A stretch of 34,366 nt of DNA from Saprolegnia diclina VS20 (Eukaryota): contig NW_008246110.1 of assembly GCF_000281045.1 (NCBI RefSeq), positions 76,655-111,020 of the forward strand. The letters run 5' to 3'. Positions 1 to 12,880 of the stretch are shown one piece after another. A model generated the notes under the pieces. That model saw only the letters and a list, made by a program, of their open reading frames with translations. It ran no database searches and was not told the origin of the DNA. The position numbers and the translations under genes are program-made. Numbering within the stretch: the first letter of the stretch is position 1; the number at the start of each line of letters is the position of its first letter.

Positions 1-24
1 TTTCTACCATCTGTCACTAGCGGC

Positions 25-1666
25 TTAGAAGCGCGAGACATCGCGGCCGACGACCATGGCCTTGAGCCAGTCGAGAGGCACTTGCATGCGCAGGCGCCAG
101 CTACCGAGCTTGGTGAGGTACGCGCTGCGCCACACAAACCACGCTTTCCAGCCGCCAAACTTGGCGATGGGGCCGGTGCGGTCGCCGATCGTCACGTCTT
201 TGGCCTGGAAAAGCCCTTCGTACGACCCGAGATACGCCATGAGCCCAAGGCTTTCGAAGCGATAGGGCGTCGGGGCCTCGCCTTTAAGAAGCGCCGTCAA
301 GTACTCGGCTTGCCCCTGGGCTTTTTGGGCCGTCGCTGGCAGCGGATAATCGACAATCTCGGCGCAGTCGCCAATGGCAAAGACAGACGACGCCTCGGGA
401 AGACCTTGAAACGGACTACCGTGCGAGGGCGACGACGGCAGCCCCAGCACCTACACTGAGGGTTACACTGTGAAGCGGACAGGTTGGTCTTAGTACTTGG
501 CAGTGGTCGTTGGTGAGGATGTTGCCCCGCTTCGACTTCGCCCACGGCAGCGACTTTGTGAGCACGTTGGGCCCGACGCCGGCCGACCAGACGACGAGAC
601 CGCACGGGATGCGCTCGCCCGAGTCGAGGACAACGGCGTCGGCCAATACCTCCTTGCAGTTGGCCTTGATGATGCGCATGTTCTTGCGCTTGGCGATCTT
701 GACCATCGCTTGGTCGCGGAGGCTTTCGCTGAACATGGAGAGGATGCTGCCGGCGTCAATGAGCGACACTTGGAGGAGGTTGGTGACCTACAACACGCAA
801 TCGTATCTACGCTCTAGCATGTCGAGACGATATGTACGTGTGGGTAGAGGCGTGTGAGGTCTTGCACGACAAAGTCGTAGAGCTCGGCGCAAAACTCGAC
901 GCCCGTGGGGCCGCCGCCGACCACAATAAAATGCAGTAGCTAACGCTGGACGTCTTCCGGGACGCCGGGCTGCGTCGCGAGCTCAAAGTTTTCCAAAATG
1001 CGCTTGCGAATCGCGCCTACGCATCGTACGGTGAGCGACGAGAAAACACATGATCCGTACGCGCGTGGTGGACCTCCTTGAGGAAGAACGCGTGCTCGTC
1101 GACACCGGGCAGACCAAACGTCAGCGGGCGCGACCCGCACGCCACGACGAGCATGTCGTAGTCGACGTTGTACGTGCGGTCGCAGAGCACGCTGGTGCAC
1201 TGGACCTTCTTCTCGATGGTGTCGATCTCGCGCACGCTCGCGAGGATAAAGTCCTTCTCGTCACGGAACGCGTTCTCGCGCACAGGCTCGGTGATCGAAC
1301 GGAACTCGAGCGTCCTATAAGATCCATGCTTAGAGCCATGTCACCACGTAGGAGCGCACCCAACGGTCGTACTCGCGAGCAGCGGCGTGTAAAGAAAATG
1401 CTACCAACAAATAAGCGACAGCGACAGGCAGATAGGGAGCGTACGTTGCGCTCCGAGATGACGACAAACTCGACGTCCTTGCCGATGGCAGCGGCGATCG
1501 CGGCGCGGTGGGCCTTGCCGTTCGTAAGGAGCTTGTAGCCGGCCCAGCCCGTGCCGACGATGACGACGCGGAACTTGTCGGCGGCGGCCGAGAAGGTGCG
1601 GCTATAAGTACGTAGAGGCGGAATCGATCGGCGGAGCATGGCCAGTTGAAGAGTGGTTGACATCAT
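25..1666 (-). CDS. Mitochondrial alternative (type II, rotenone-insensitive) NADH:ubiquinone oxidoreductase, NDA/NDE family; multi-exon
   Basis: The spliced pieces give an Arg/Ser-rich presequence ([17 protein letters not shown]) and a first Rossmann motif [10 protein letters not shown]. These are followed by [26 protein letters not shown], a second Rossmann motif [20 protein letters not shown] (~875-935), VVWSAGV, FAIGDC...[19 protein letters not shown] and a C-terminal GRDVSRF*. The start is ATG 1666 or 1639. Confidence 0.93.
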
Positions 1667-2472
1667 GGTGGCCAAGGCGACTGTTTGCGGCGCGGATCGT
1701 GGTCGTCAACGAAATGCCGGAAGATCGCAACAGAATCTTTTCTTCTCTATCTTGATGTTTGTATGGACTGTCCCATGGCGACGATGTGGCATGGACACCG
1801 AAGGCGCCCATCGAAATGCCCGTTGGCAACGGGACGTTATCGTTGCGACTACACCGAGTTAAGCAACGCGTGAGTATCGCAACTAGCTTTTTCATGCCAA
1901 ACGTGCAAGCCCAATTTGACGGTGAGCTCTCACGGCAGAGCCATTCCTTCACCACCCTTCACGAAGGGCTTAGTGCCGCGCTCGTGCCGCCATCATCATG
2001 TATTGTATCGACCAGCACACATCTCGGTATCTGCGACAGCCAGCGCTTATGCCTCATGGAGTGGTCTCATCGACGATGATGCACAGGGCTTTATCACCGC
2101 ATCAAGCTCGCCAACGCCGACGACTTGGTATTTCAAGAAAAATGTCGCGAACACACGACGAGTTGTCGACGCTACATTTCGTTGGCGTCGAGTATTATCC
2201 TGCGAAAGCGCTGGTGCTGAGTCGATAAGCAAGCTAACTCGTGGCACGTTATCGACTTCTACTTGATTTCTTGCCTGCAGGCAGTGTATGCCATAGTGAG
2301 AACACATACAAAGGGAATGTGTGTAAAGTCCTGTCCCATTGGCTAAAAAGGCACCAATCCGAAGGAGTCTCGTACACTGCAATATGTATTTCCTAGACGA
2401 CAGATACCGTACATCCAATCGCATAAGCGACATCCACACACCAAACGAAAACGGGCATTTATAGCCGACACC

Positions 2473-3313
2473 ATGGCAGCGGACGCGAGCGCTGGCAGCG
2501 TCCCGGCGTTGATGAACTACCTGCACCCTGGCTTTAACCTCGCGTCGCTCCCAAACCCGAGCCTCATGATGGGCGCGATGCAGAACATTGCCGCGCGCCC
2601 ACCGCCCCGCGCACCGGACGAGCCCAAGCTCCAGGTGCTCAAAGAGGTGGCTGTCGCCAAGCACAGCCAGCGCAATGTGCTTTCGTTCCAGGTCAAAGCG
2701 GGCGCAGCTGCGCTCTACTCGATCCTGCAGCCGACGACCATTGCGTACGAAGCGCCCGACGTGACGTGGGTCAAGCTGCTCGAGGCCGTCGCGTTGATCC
2801 CGTCCGGTCGACCACAAGAGATCCTCCAGCTGCTCCACGAAGCGTACCGCCTCCTGCCGCTCGGCGACTTCCGCATCCTCTTTGCCCGCGACTTTCGCGA
2901 CGAGCTTGCGGCGTCCGCGAGTGTCTCGTCGGCGCGCGACGGCGTCGTTCTCAAGAACAAGGTCAACGTCTTCCTCCGCGCGTTCATGGCCGACCCCGTC
3001 CACGGCTACACGCTGGCCAAGCAGCACGTTCACGACGACCTCTATATCGACGATCCTGTCTCAACGCCCGTCGGCCCCGGCCTCGTGCGCGGATACCGCT
3101 CCAACGATGGCTTCTTTGTCGTCCTCTTCCCCTTTGGCCATGCCTACATCCACGAAAGTAGCCTTCGCCGTGTCCCGTCGCGCCTCCTGGTACGGCTTTC
3201 GCTTCACTACTTCTATGCGCCATCGCTGGTATACTCATGGGCTGCACGGATAGAACGACTTGGTCGTGCAGCGACGAGGCGACGGTGTTGCATCACGGCC
3301 TCTGGTACGATGA
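2473..3313 (+). CDS. Hypothetical protein with a C-terminal SH3-like 'VxTPxGxGxV' beta-barrel module; probably 2 exons (intron 3190-3253)
   Basis: Long ORF with GC3-rich codon usage from ATG 2473. GT at 3190 and AG at 3253 give the in-frame tail NDLVVQRRGDGVASRPLVR* (TGA 3311-3313). If unspliced, the ORF ends at 3366. Confidence 0.7.
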
Positions 3314-3386
3314 CCATCTCGCTCCTGGCAGTCGCACTCACATTCACACGACTAGAAACGGCGTAAAGAAGCATGACGCCCTTCAC

Positions 3387-6300
3387 TTAGTACATGTGGG
3401 AATTGACTACAATTGTGTCGTTGTTGGCGGCCTCGAAGGTCACGAGACGCTCGTACGCATCGCAGAGTGCGACCTTGCCGCAGCGCAGCATGTGTCGAAT
3501 CAACGCCAGACGCTGAGCCAGCGGCGCGCTGCTGTGCAGTCGTGGCGGATGCAGGTGGTGCCGATAACTCGTGGCGAACGTCCAGTGCGCGAACCGAGAG
3601 ACAATGTGACGGACTTCTCGCTTGGCGATACACCACACGAGCTTGCGAGCGCCGAGGTTGACGCTCGCCGACGCAATCGCTCGTTGGATACGGACGCGGT
3701 GCCGCGCGACTCTGTGGACATTGGCCGAGTGACGCCAGAGGTGGAACACCAACGTGACCCACGACGCCGACGCGTTGATCGCGTTGCGCCGTGTGTGCCA
3801 CGTCACGAGGCGGTGTCGCAGTCGCCTCTCGCGGACGAGTCGCACCCAGGGTCGGAAGACACGGTTGCATCGGTCGTGCCGTTGCTGACGTCGGTAGAGG
3901 AGAAAGCGACGCCATCTACGAGAGAGGAATGAGAGAGGAGACAACGTCGTGCCGCACCGAGCAAACGCAGCCAAAAGCCAGTAGGCTGTCGACGTCGCGT
4001 CTCGATGTGTCACTGCATCCCAGAGCTGAGCGTGCAGCGCGTGTCGCTGCCAGCGCGCCCAACTGGTAACGAGCGAGCGTCGGGCGCGGAGCGTCAACAG
4101 CGCGAGGAGCTTGCGGCTCGCACGGGGCCGTGCGCGCGACGATGCAAATGCGATGTAGACGGGATGCGATAGAAGACGCCGCGGGCGCTGGAGACGACTC
4201 GGTCGGCGCCGGCGGCAGGCGATTTGCCACGCACGAAGCAGAAACCGAAGTGCAAAGTGAGACAGGCGGCAGATGCCGATGCGCCGACGCTGCAACTGCC
4301 GTTGCACTTGCCGTCGCCACGTTTGGAGCGCCCGGTGCTTGACAAAGTAGGTGGTATTCTGATTTTGCAAAGCTCTGTAGTGACGTGTCAGCATCCACCG
4401 CTGCCACAGAGCAAAGGTAGTACGCAGCGTGAGGACGTCGTAGAGGCATCGACGAAGCCACGTTCGCCACGAGACAAAACCGGTACGTAGTATCGTCGTA
4501 CGATGGCGTGCAAAGAACGCATTTTGACGGCGTCGGCGCGTCGACGCCCAGTGCCGCCAACGCGCAAAGCGCTGCCGCTGCTGTTGAAAGGCACGGTCGG
4601 CCAGGTGCCACGCGAGGCGACGGTGGCACTCGACAGCGCTGGTGACGAGTTGCTGCCAGCACCGCCACGAGCGCTGGAGAAAGCGAGAGAGTTGGCGGCG
4701 ACGGAGATCGTGGAGCCGAATGGCGCATGCGACGTGCCACTGCTGCCACCAGCGCATCGCCGCTTCCGTCAGTCGTCGATGATGCGTCGCGAGGTGCTGA
4801 AGCCCCAGAGCAAGTTTGGCGTACTGGAAGCGGCGCTCATGCTGCCGTAGGACGCGGTGGGCGTGCTGCTGGGCTTTGGCAAACCCGCGAAGGTGGTGCT
4901 GCATGAGCTGTGTGCCCCGTGCATGGACGACCCATAGCGCCCACATTGCGAGACCACGGCGCAACCGAGCCGACGCGACGCGGTGCACTCCACGCCGCAA
5001 GACCTAGGTGGCATCCATAAGGCACCATACCGAAACGGAACGCAGGTGTACTTCATGCAAGGTTTGTAAGATGATTTGACGCTGCTGCCAGAACCGCAAC
5101 GCGAGCCCTTGTTGCTGACGGCTTCGGTGCCGCCATAACTTGCTACACGCTCTACGCAGCTGCGTGGCGCTAGACAGACATGTTGACGCGTGAATGATGA
5201 AAGGCAGCTGAACGCACCGACGCCACGTGAACCAGCGCATGCGAAGGAGGTAGCGCGCAAGCATAGCCGCGGCGAGACGCCAGTGCCACCGAACACGACC
5301 TGTACGTTCATGCCGGCGCTTCCACTGCTGCCAAACACGACTAAGATCCCTATCAGAACAGAATCTTAGTGTTCGATATCGCATCGCCCGTCGTACCGCG
5401 TCGCGTGGCTCTTCGCGACGGTACTGAACACGCGCCAGTGCCAGTATCCATTTCGTAGCCGACGTCGAGCGTGATGCACGAGGAGCTTGGAAAGGACATG
5501 ACACTGGCCAACTCGGGTGCGCCACTGACGCCATGCGGTACGAACAACACATCGTGACAACGTCGTCACAAGGGCTGCGCTACCAGTGCGCGCTAGAAGC
5601 CGAGCACGATGCCGGAGCCTCCAGTCCCGAAAGGTGCGGTCGACGTGGTTGGTCTGACGGGACTGAAGAAAAACTGTACGCTGGCGGCACGCAACCGCAT
5701 GCTGCCGCCACGCCCGCAGACTTGATCGCATCTACCACAACCGATTGAACCAAGTGCGTTCCACACAGTCTGGTGTACCATGGCGCCTTTGTGGCGCAGT
5801 ACGAGGCGGGTTTCAAGCTCTCGAAGATGCTGCGTGTGCGCTTGCCACTGCCACCATCGGCGTGCTAGCTGCACTTGCGCCCACGATGCCATGCGCGCGG
5901 CAGCGACGGACAAGAGACGGTGCCGATAGCTAGACACGCGCTGCGACCCCTCGGTGCGCGCCAAACGCAAGGCTGCCTTCCACGTCAGCAGCGCGCGGAT
6001 GAGGATGCGGGTGTTTGTGCTGGCGACTGAACGGCGCAGACGCTGGTGCGCCGCCTCGTTGCAACGTCTCTGTTGTTTCCACGCGTACCACGTGCGAAGC
6101 TGCGTGCAGAATGAGGCCGATACCGCAATGACGCGGTGGCGGCTCTGTTGTACGTGCTGCTCCATTTCGACCAGGGCACGCTTCATCACAGTCGTCGTGC
6201 GCCAGTGGTAAAACGTCCGAAGAAAGACGCGCTGGTTGATGTTTGCAACAACAGTACGCCAGTGAAGCCAAGCACGGAGCTGTCGCCGTCGCGGCTGTCG

Positions 6301-9300
6301 AGACGCCCAGCGCAGTAGCAGCGTGCAGCCGTTCATATACGCAGGGTCCACTGGCGGCGCAGGGTAGGGGGACTGCCACTGCACAAGGCCCGTCCATCCA
6401 TTTTCATAGTAGTTTCGACCGGTCGCAAGGTCGCAGCGCACTTTCCAGACGTGAGGCAAGGACCCTTGCCAGTGCCGCCATGCGCGTCGCATTTGCCATC
6501 GGTTCATACCAAGAAGAACGCGGCGGGCGGTTGCACGGTACAGCGGCACGACAAAGCGACTTCGGACGCGCCAATGCAAAAGCACGTGGCGTTGGACGCT
6601 CCGCCGTCGCCGCGCGACGATCCGATGCAAGCAAGTGCGGTAGCGTGTCTCGTTGTTCCACTGATGCCACGCAAACTGCGTCATTTGTCTGGCTCTGGCT
6701 CGGAGCACGGCACTCAGTCCGGCTATCGCCCGGGCGCGTGTGGTCTTGAAGAGGCTTTGCCGAAGCCGCATTGACGTCCACTGCTGCCACGCATTTGTCA
6801 GACGTAGTCGCCGGTTGGCACTCAACTGATTGTGCAAAGACGCTAAAGTGGCGCGATGCCACGCGTCGCTGTGACGGCGCCACGTCATGAAACCGAATTG
6901 CACTTTCCGATACGTGGCACGACGGGCGACAAGTGTGTGCCAGAGCGCCAAAGCAGCAATGCGGTGTGCGACGCCGACCAAGTGCTCGCGCTGTGCGCAC
7001 GCAAACACCCTCCACGTCCGGAAGCCTTGCGCTTGGCGATACTTGGTCCATATTCCGCTGTAGCGGCGCAATCGCAGAACTCGCACTTTTGCTCGAAGTT
7101 GTGTGAGCTCGTTTGCTAGCACAGTATTGCGCCAGTGACGAAATCTCATCGTTCGCATTTGTTTGACACGAATGAGCAAGCAATGGCGCAGTTGCTGCGC
7201 TCGATGCAGAACCGATATGGCGTCGAGCTGTCGCTGCTTCTGGCCAATGTCGACGGCACTTGTCCAACGCGTCCACACGGATCGACGCAGTGCAAGCGAT
7301 CGACGGTCCTCGATGGCGTCGAGATGGCGCTGCTGGTAAAGACGCCGCCGCCAACACGTCCATGCCATCTGCACAAACCGTCGTCGATGTGTCCGTAGGC
7401 ATCGAGCGAGTGCACGCGTCGCCCACTGCGGCTGGTGCAGCCGCCATACGCTCCATCGGCGGCGGACCACTCTCTCTTGCCGTCTTGCTAACCATCGCGA
7501 AAGATGTTGAAGCGCAGTGCGTTGCCTTGACGATCGCCAGGCGCGGACCACCCGCGACGACTGCGACGCGTGGGCCAAGCACCAGAGTTGGAACGCCGCG
7601 CTCAATTGAGGTCGAACGCTTTGGTCGTAGGCTCGCGCGAAGATCGATCGCAGCTTCTCGCTGCGTGTCTACTCGACAGATTACAAACGATCGCATACAC
7701 AAAAGGTACGTGGCGTTTTTGATACTTCATCGCGTTTGTATCGTTGCGCCACTTGCAGAAGGCTTGGGTCGTCTCCTGGCGCCGCGCTCGCTTGATGTGC
7801 GCGCCTACGCTCGACAAGGCGAGCTGCCATTGCAGACGCTGCATTCGCATTTGGCTTTGTTTTCGCAGAGCGAGGCGCCAGTGGTGAAATGCAATCTTGT
7901 AGAGGCGACGGGTGTCGACGTCGTGTGCGCGTCGACGTTGTTCGCGGCGAGCTTCTTTCTTTCGCAGAATGTCCAGCCATGTGCGCCATACGTGTTCTTG
8001 CGCGTGCGTCTGTCGTGCGTGGTGCCACGCGAGGATGTCGGTGCACTGACGGGCGCGCAAATGCCAAAGCCGCAGCCCAAGACGCTGTTTCGACGCTCGC
8101 AGCGCAGAGTCCGCACACTGAAGGCGGTGCTGGCAATACGCCTTGTCGAGCCAGAAGCGGTATAGAATGTGACAAGCCGCGTGGCGTCGGCGGCGGTGGG
8201 TTGTATGAACGATCGAGGCCAAGAGCACATGGCGTCGCACAGCGTCTTGCCACCGCCTCCAGCCGCAGCGCAGATATCGTATGCGCCTACATCAAGCGGA
8301 ATTCACGGTTTGAGGCATAGTCGTTGGGGTCATACCGATGCATCAGGTCAAAGGCGAGGCGGGCCGCACGGCGACAGACAAGTTGAGCGCGATGGTGCAG
8401 GGCCATTTGGTGCCACAGATGAAAGCTCTCAGCCTTCCACGCCCGGTGCATTCGGTGTCCCAGACATGTGAGAACGCGCCAAAGGTGCCGCTGCTCGGCA
8501 TGAGCCGCTCTCCATCGCGTCCAGAGACGCCGCAGACGACGGTATTCCATTCGCCGAAGCGCCGCCAACCGCCGTATTCGACTGCGTTGTCGAGCTTGCT
8601 CGTGTGCCACGACCTTCTTCCATGCTGATAGAGCCGACAACAACCGGCCATGGGTGTACTGTCGCCGCGTAAACAGCCGTCGCAGCATATTCGATCGAGA
8701 GACGTCGAGCTGCGTTGTCCGATGCCAGTGTTGGAAGGCCTACACTGCGCGTAAGTGCCGCATCGAGGTAGTTGCGATCTGAACCTCTCGCTCGTCGGCA
8801 AGGCGAGCATCTCGCGCGTGGCGGGTCGCCAGTCGCCCGATGAGCCGAGCAGCCACGTGGTGACCCCACTCCTTTCGTTCGCGAACGACCCACGAGTCAT
8901 CGTGCGCGAGCTCTCTTGGTGCTTCATCGATCGAGTGCAGACAGGGCAGTGTCGGGCACGACTCGAACGCATCGACGTCGTCTTGGTTGGTCGAAAGATG
9001 TGATGCGACCTCGTAGTTGGCGGAGAGCGCAAGTCGCCGAGAGGCAAACGTTGCCGCGCGGGCATGTGCGCTCTTGGGCGCCGATGTCAGCAAGAAAATG
9101 GCTTCATGCAAGAGTCGTCGCAGCGCCTCCTGCTGCGTCTCCTCGGGAAACTTGCGCCACGCTAAGAGCACGAGAGCTTCGACGAAACTGAGCACGTCCA
9201 AATGCGATCGCAGCGGCCCGCTGGCTACACAGATAGAATCACTTTAAAGAATGACTGCGGCGTAGTACCTTGGGCGTAGACGAGATCGACGTCGACGGTC

Positions 9301-9446
9301 GTGAACCACGGCGTGAGGAGGTTTGGAGCATCGTGCGCCATTCGGCGGAAGCCCGCGTTGGTCATGCGGCCGCCAGGCGCGTTCGCATACGCATAAAAGA
9401 CGTCCCGGAGAATCGCGTCGTTGTCGTCGTTGTCGGGCATTGTCAT
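3387..9446 (-). CDS. Very large Sfi1-like (Trp/Arg-rich helical repeat) protein with an N-terminal p25alpha/TPPP-like domain and an internal WW domain; multi-exon
   Basis: Successive minus-strand ORFs (9225-9518, 8740-9201, 8287-8688, 7602-8240, 5593-7605, 5366-5731, 3387-5000) carry dozens of RxxFxxWRxW / AWxxW motifs. WW: WKVRCDLATGRNYYENGWTGLVQWQSP (~6368-6447). N-terminus: LRDVFYAY..MTNAGFRRMAHDAPNLL...TTVDVDLVYAQ|ASGPLRSHLDVLSFVEALVLLAWRKFP (intron 9225-9268). Internal exon borders are only approximate, and two adjacent genes cannot be excluded. Confidence 0.72.
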
Positions 9447-9578
9447 TTTGGGCGTCTTGGACTTTGGTGGAACAACCTGACGGTAGCGGTCATTTGTTCC
9501 AAGCGGCAGACAAAACATCGGATTTTTGAAACATCAGATTTTGCCAACTGGAGGAATTTGAAACGGCGAGATTGATCG

Positions 9579-11606
9579 ATGCCCGTGCTCATCCTCACCG
9601 ACTACCTCGCACCGATCCCGTCGGGCTTGCACCTACGGCTCGACGGCGTCACGCTCGATGACAAAGCCTTTGACCGGCTCGTCTTGCTCCTCAAGGCCAC
9701 GCCGCGCATCCGCCGGCTCTCAATGCGCAACCTTGGTATGCCCTACGACAACGACAGCAAGAGACAGTAAGAGCTGGTTTGTCCTAGGTCTCGGGCCCAA
9801 GCTCGCCGTGTTTGTCGCCGACGTTTTGGCCACGAATTGCACGCTCACAGCTGTCGACTTGAGCGGCAATGCCATAGGATCGCACGGCGCCAAGTGTCTT
9901 GCGACCGTGCTCCTCGAGCACAACAGTACGCTGCAAGAGCTCTCGCTTGCATGCTGCGGCCTTCACAGCGACGCATTCGCCAACTGGATCGAGTTCTTCG
10001 AGCGCGCTTCGCCCAACACGACGTTTCATACGCTCAAGTACCGCCAAATGGGAAAGTTTTCCAGCTGATGTTTGTTGTAGCGTCGCCCACAACGCGATTG
10101 GTGACGACGGCGCGCTGGCACTGGCCAAGGCGCTCGAGCTCGAGCGACTCATGCCGCTTCGTGGGTGGCGCCTCGACCTGCGGCGCAACGGCATCACCGA
10201 CGTTGGGGTGACGGCGCTGGCGTCACTCTTGGCAACAACGCACGCCGTCGTGCAGATGGATGTCGCCAACGCCCGTTCGTTCGAGGTGCGAGAGCCCGAG
10301 CGTGTCGTCTTTCTAGAGCACCGGTGTCGACGCAACACGGCCGAGATGCACGCCCGAGGTATTGGCATCCGTGTTCTCATACCACGGCCACATTGATCAT
10401 AGTTGTCGACTCGGCGGCGCGGACGATTCTGGCATCGACCCGCCGCGCCGAAACCATGGTACTCGAGAACGTTCCCGTGCTGGTGGCGCAAGCTGTCGCG
10501 TTGGCCCATGCGCTCAAGCACACGCTGGCGACGACGACGCTGACGCTTCGCAACAACTCGCTGTGTTTGGCTGCGATCCAGCACTTTGCGTGTGGACTTG
10601 CTTTCAACCAAACGCTGTATCGGCTCACGCTCCGGGACAATGGCGTCTCGGGCGACGCTTTCGTCGCGCTGCTGGACGCATTGGCGCAAAACGCGGCGTC
10701 CCCGCTCCGCGAGCTCGAGATTTCCCATTCGACGTCGCTGCGTGTGCCTCTCTGGCCTCGGCGCGTCAACGGACACTTATACCGCTTCTTTACGCAGGCG
10801 AGCCAGCTCACGCACCTCACACTCGACCACTGCGGGCTCTCGGACGTCGACGTGGGCGGGATTGTCGCTGGCCTTGCGTGGAACGGGCTTCTTCAAGTCG
10901 CCCACTTTGGGCGCAACTGCATCACCGACGCTGGCGTCAGCATCTTTCATGTGTTGCTGCACCGCTGCGCCCATCTTACATCGCTCGATATTGTACATTG
11001 TTGAAGTTTAGAAAAAAAGATGAACGATTTTTGGTGTAGAGCGGCAACCTTTGCACCCTCGACGGCATCGTCAGTGTCGTCGCCGGCGCGAGCGATCATT
11101 TGCGCCTCCGGAGTCTCTGCGTCGGGCGCTTCCCAGCGTTTTCTCCGACCTTGTTTACAATTGCTAGCCACATTGGGCGCAGCAACTCGCTCGTGCGCGT
11201 CGAGATTGCTGCCGCCAGCGACCACTCGCGCTGGGCGTCGGCCAAGGCCGCGATCCAAGCAACGTTGCAACTCAACCGCAAGAAGAACCCTATAACGCCA
11301 CCGACGACGTTTGCAGCCTGGACCCGCCACTGCCGCGCCAACTACATGGCCCGTGACGTGGCCACCAGCACGGCCTCGCGGCTCGTGCGACCGCACCAGC
11401 ACATCATCGCAATGCGCCTGCTGCACGTAGAAGACGTCAACGTGACGATCTTTGTCGCGTGTCGTGAGATGGCGGCAGAAGATATCGACGCGCGGCTCCG
11501 ATTCGAGTGGGCAGGAATGGTTGCCAACGACGTGGATGCTGCGCTCCTCCTCGAACGCCGCTATATGCGGTCCGAAGACGTTGACGCAGTGCTCGACGCC
11601 GTGTAA
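9579..11606 (+). CDS. RNI-like leucine-rich repeat protein (NLRC3/LRRC74-type repeats); multi-exon
   Basis: Repeats include LTAVDLSGNAIGSHGAKCLA, LQELSLACCGL, VAHNAIGDDGALALA, LDLRRNGITDVGVTALA, LYRLTLRDNGVSGD, LTHLTLDHCGLSD and HFGRNCITDAG. GT-AG introns link the ORFs (e.g. 9736-9787, 10993-11039). TAA at 11604-11606. Confidence 0.88.
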
Positions 11607-11651
11607 CCAAACGTCCGAGCTGTAATCACTCGTCAAGTTTTATCAAACGCA

Positions 11652-12773
11652 CTAGAGAGTTGTGGTCGACGTCGACCGGTGGCGCGGGGACGTTGGCTGG
11701 TAGTACAGCTGGTACGTGTCGTCGTCAGACACAATGTCGAGTTCGGGCACGTCGAGGTTCGTGCCAAAGTGGTGGCGCGGGATCCAGTAAAATACATACA
11801 GTGTAACCCACTCGGGGTACACAAAGCTGCCGATCGAGATGCAGAGGCGAATAAACTGTTCGATCGCGCCGTCGTCGTCGTCGTAAAAGAGTTTGGTGCA
11901 ATTAGTGTCGCCTACGTCCGGACGTTGAGTGAGGCATGAGCGCATGCGAGTTTAGAAGCCGACCGACGACGATATAGGCTATGTACAAGTCGTACGACAG
12001 TTGCAAGAGCGAGCTAATCATGTTGGCCTACGCGACGCATCAATAGAATTATGGTGTTGACAGTCACCAACAAGAAGCAGGAGCCAGAGCTGCTTGTACG
12101 ACTGCTCGAGCTCGTTGGGCGAGATGCCAAGCAGGCCTTTGATCGCGTTGCGCTACCCAAACCATGCGTCGACGTCAATGGCCGTGCGATGACGCGTACC
12201 TGAACCGACTTAGCGGCCTTCATCTCTCGTAGGACGACCGAGCCCGACATGGCAAAGCTCACTACCACCGGTGAGCCGTATGGGTTGGACGAGCACGCTA
12301 CCGGCGAGCGTTGCGGACGCGAGGGACATGACGAGCCATGACGAGTGGTGGCAGTCGACGATCGGGTCATCGAGCATAATGACAACGTCGGCAGTCATGA
12401 GGATCGCGACGCCGAGCAGCACGGGCGCGAGGAGCCCGTAGAGGCAGACACGCTTGCCCGTGATCTCGCACGCCAAGGCGCCGTAGAGCCAGCACGAGAT
12501 CGCCACCTGCATGCCACGGCAGTACTTGGCGCCAAGCATGAGCTTGGGTGCGTCCAGCCATAAACAGCGCACGAGCACGAGAAACATCTCAATGCCGGCG
12601 AGCGCGACCATGAGCACATTGGGCCGCAAATGCGGCGAGCCGATGCTACCGGGCAGCATGATATAGACAAGGTAGACGCACGCCACGGTCGTCCAGAGCG
12701 ACATGGTGCCGACCGTGAGGCCGCGGAGACAGAGCCACACGTCCGGTGCTTCGCTCGAGCAGTAGGGCAGCAT
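11652..12773 (-). CDS. Orphan multi-pass (about 7 TM) membrane protein, GPCR-like topology; about 5 exons
   Basis: From ATG 12773 (MLPYCSS...), introns at 12262-12301, 12153-12199, ~12028-12072 and ~11913-11963 join seven hydrophobic segments. The protein ends ...FIRLCISIGSFVYPEWVTLYVFYWIP with an acidic, Ser/Thr-rich tail and TAG at 11652-11654. Confidence 0.72.
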
Positions 12774-12880
12774 CGCTGGAATCTTGGGCAGATCTTGGGC
12801 GGCCTTTGGTCGAGAGACTAAAAACACGCATTTCCATGGAAAGTGCAATTTGGACCGCAACATCCGTTTTGTATTTTTCA

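Noticed and set aside
2047..3033. 328-aa minus-strand ORF
   Set aside because: It is the antisense shadow of the GC3-rich plus-strand gene at 2473 and has no recognisable motifs.
3237..8893. Long plus-strand and alternative-frame ORFs (e.g. 3237-3932, 7260-8165, 6404-7702) over the Sfi1-like gene
   Set aside because: These are expected from stop-codon depletion in GC-rich coding DNA. The splice sites I could read fit the minus-strand Trp-repeat frame.
9784..10776. 330-aa minus-strand ORF
   Set aside because: It is antisense to the LRR gene and has no independent support.
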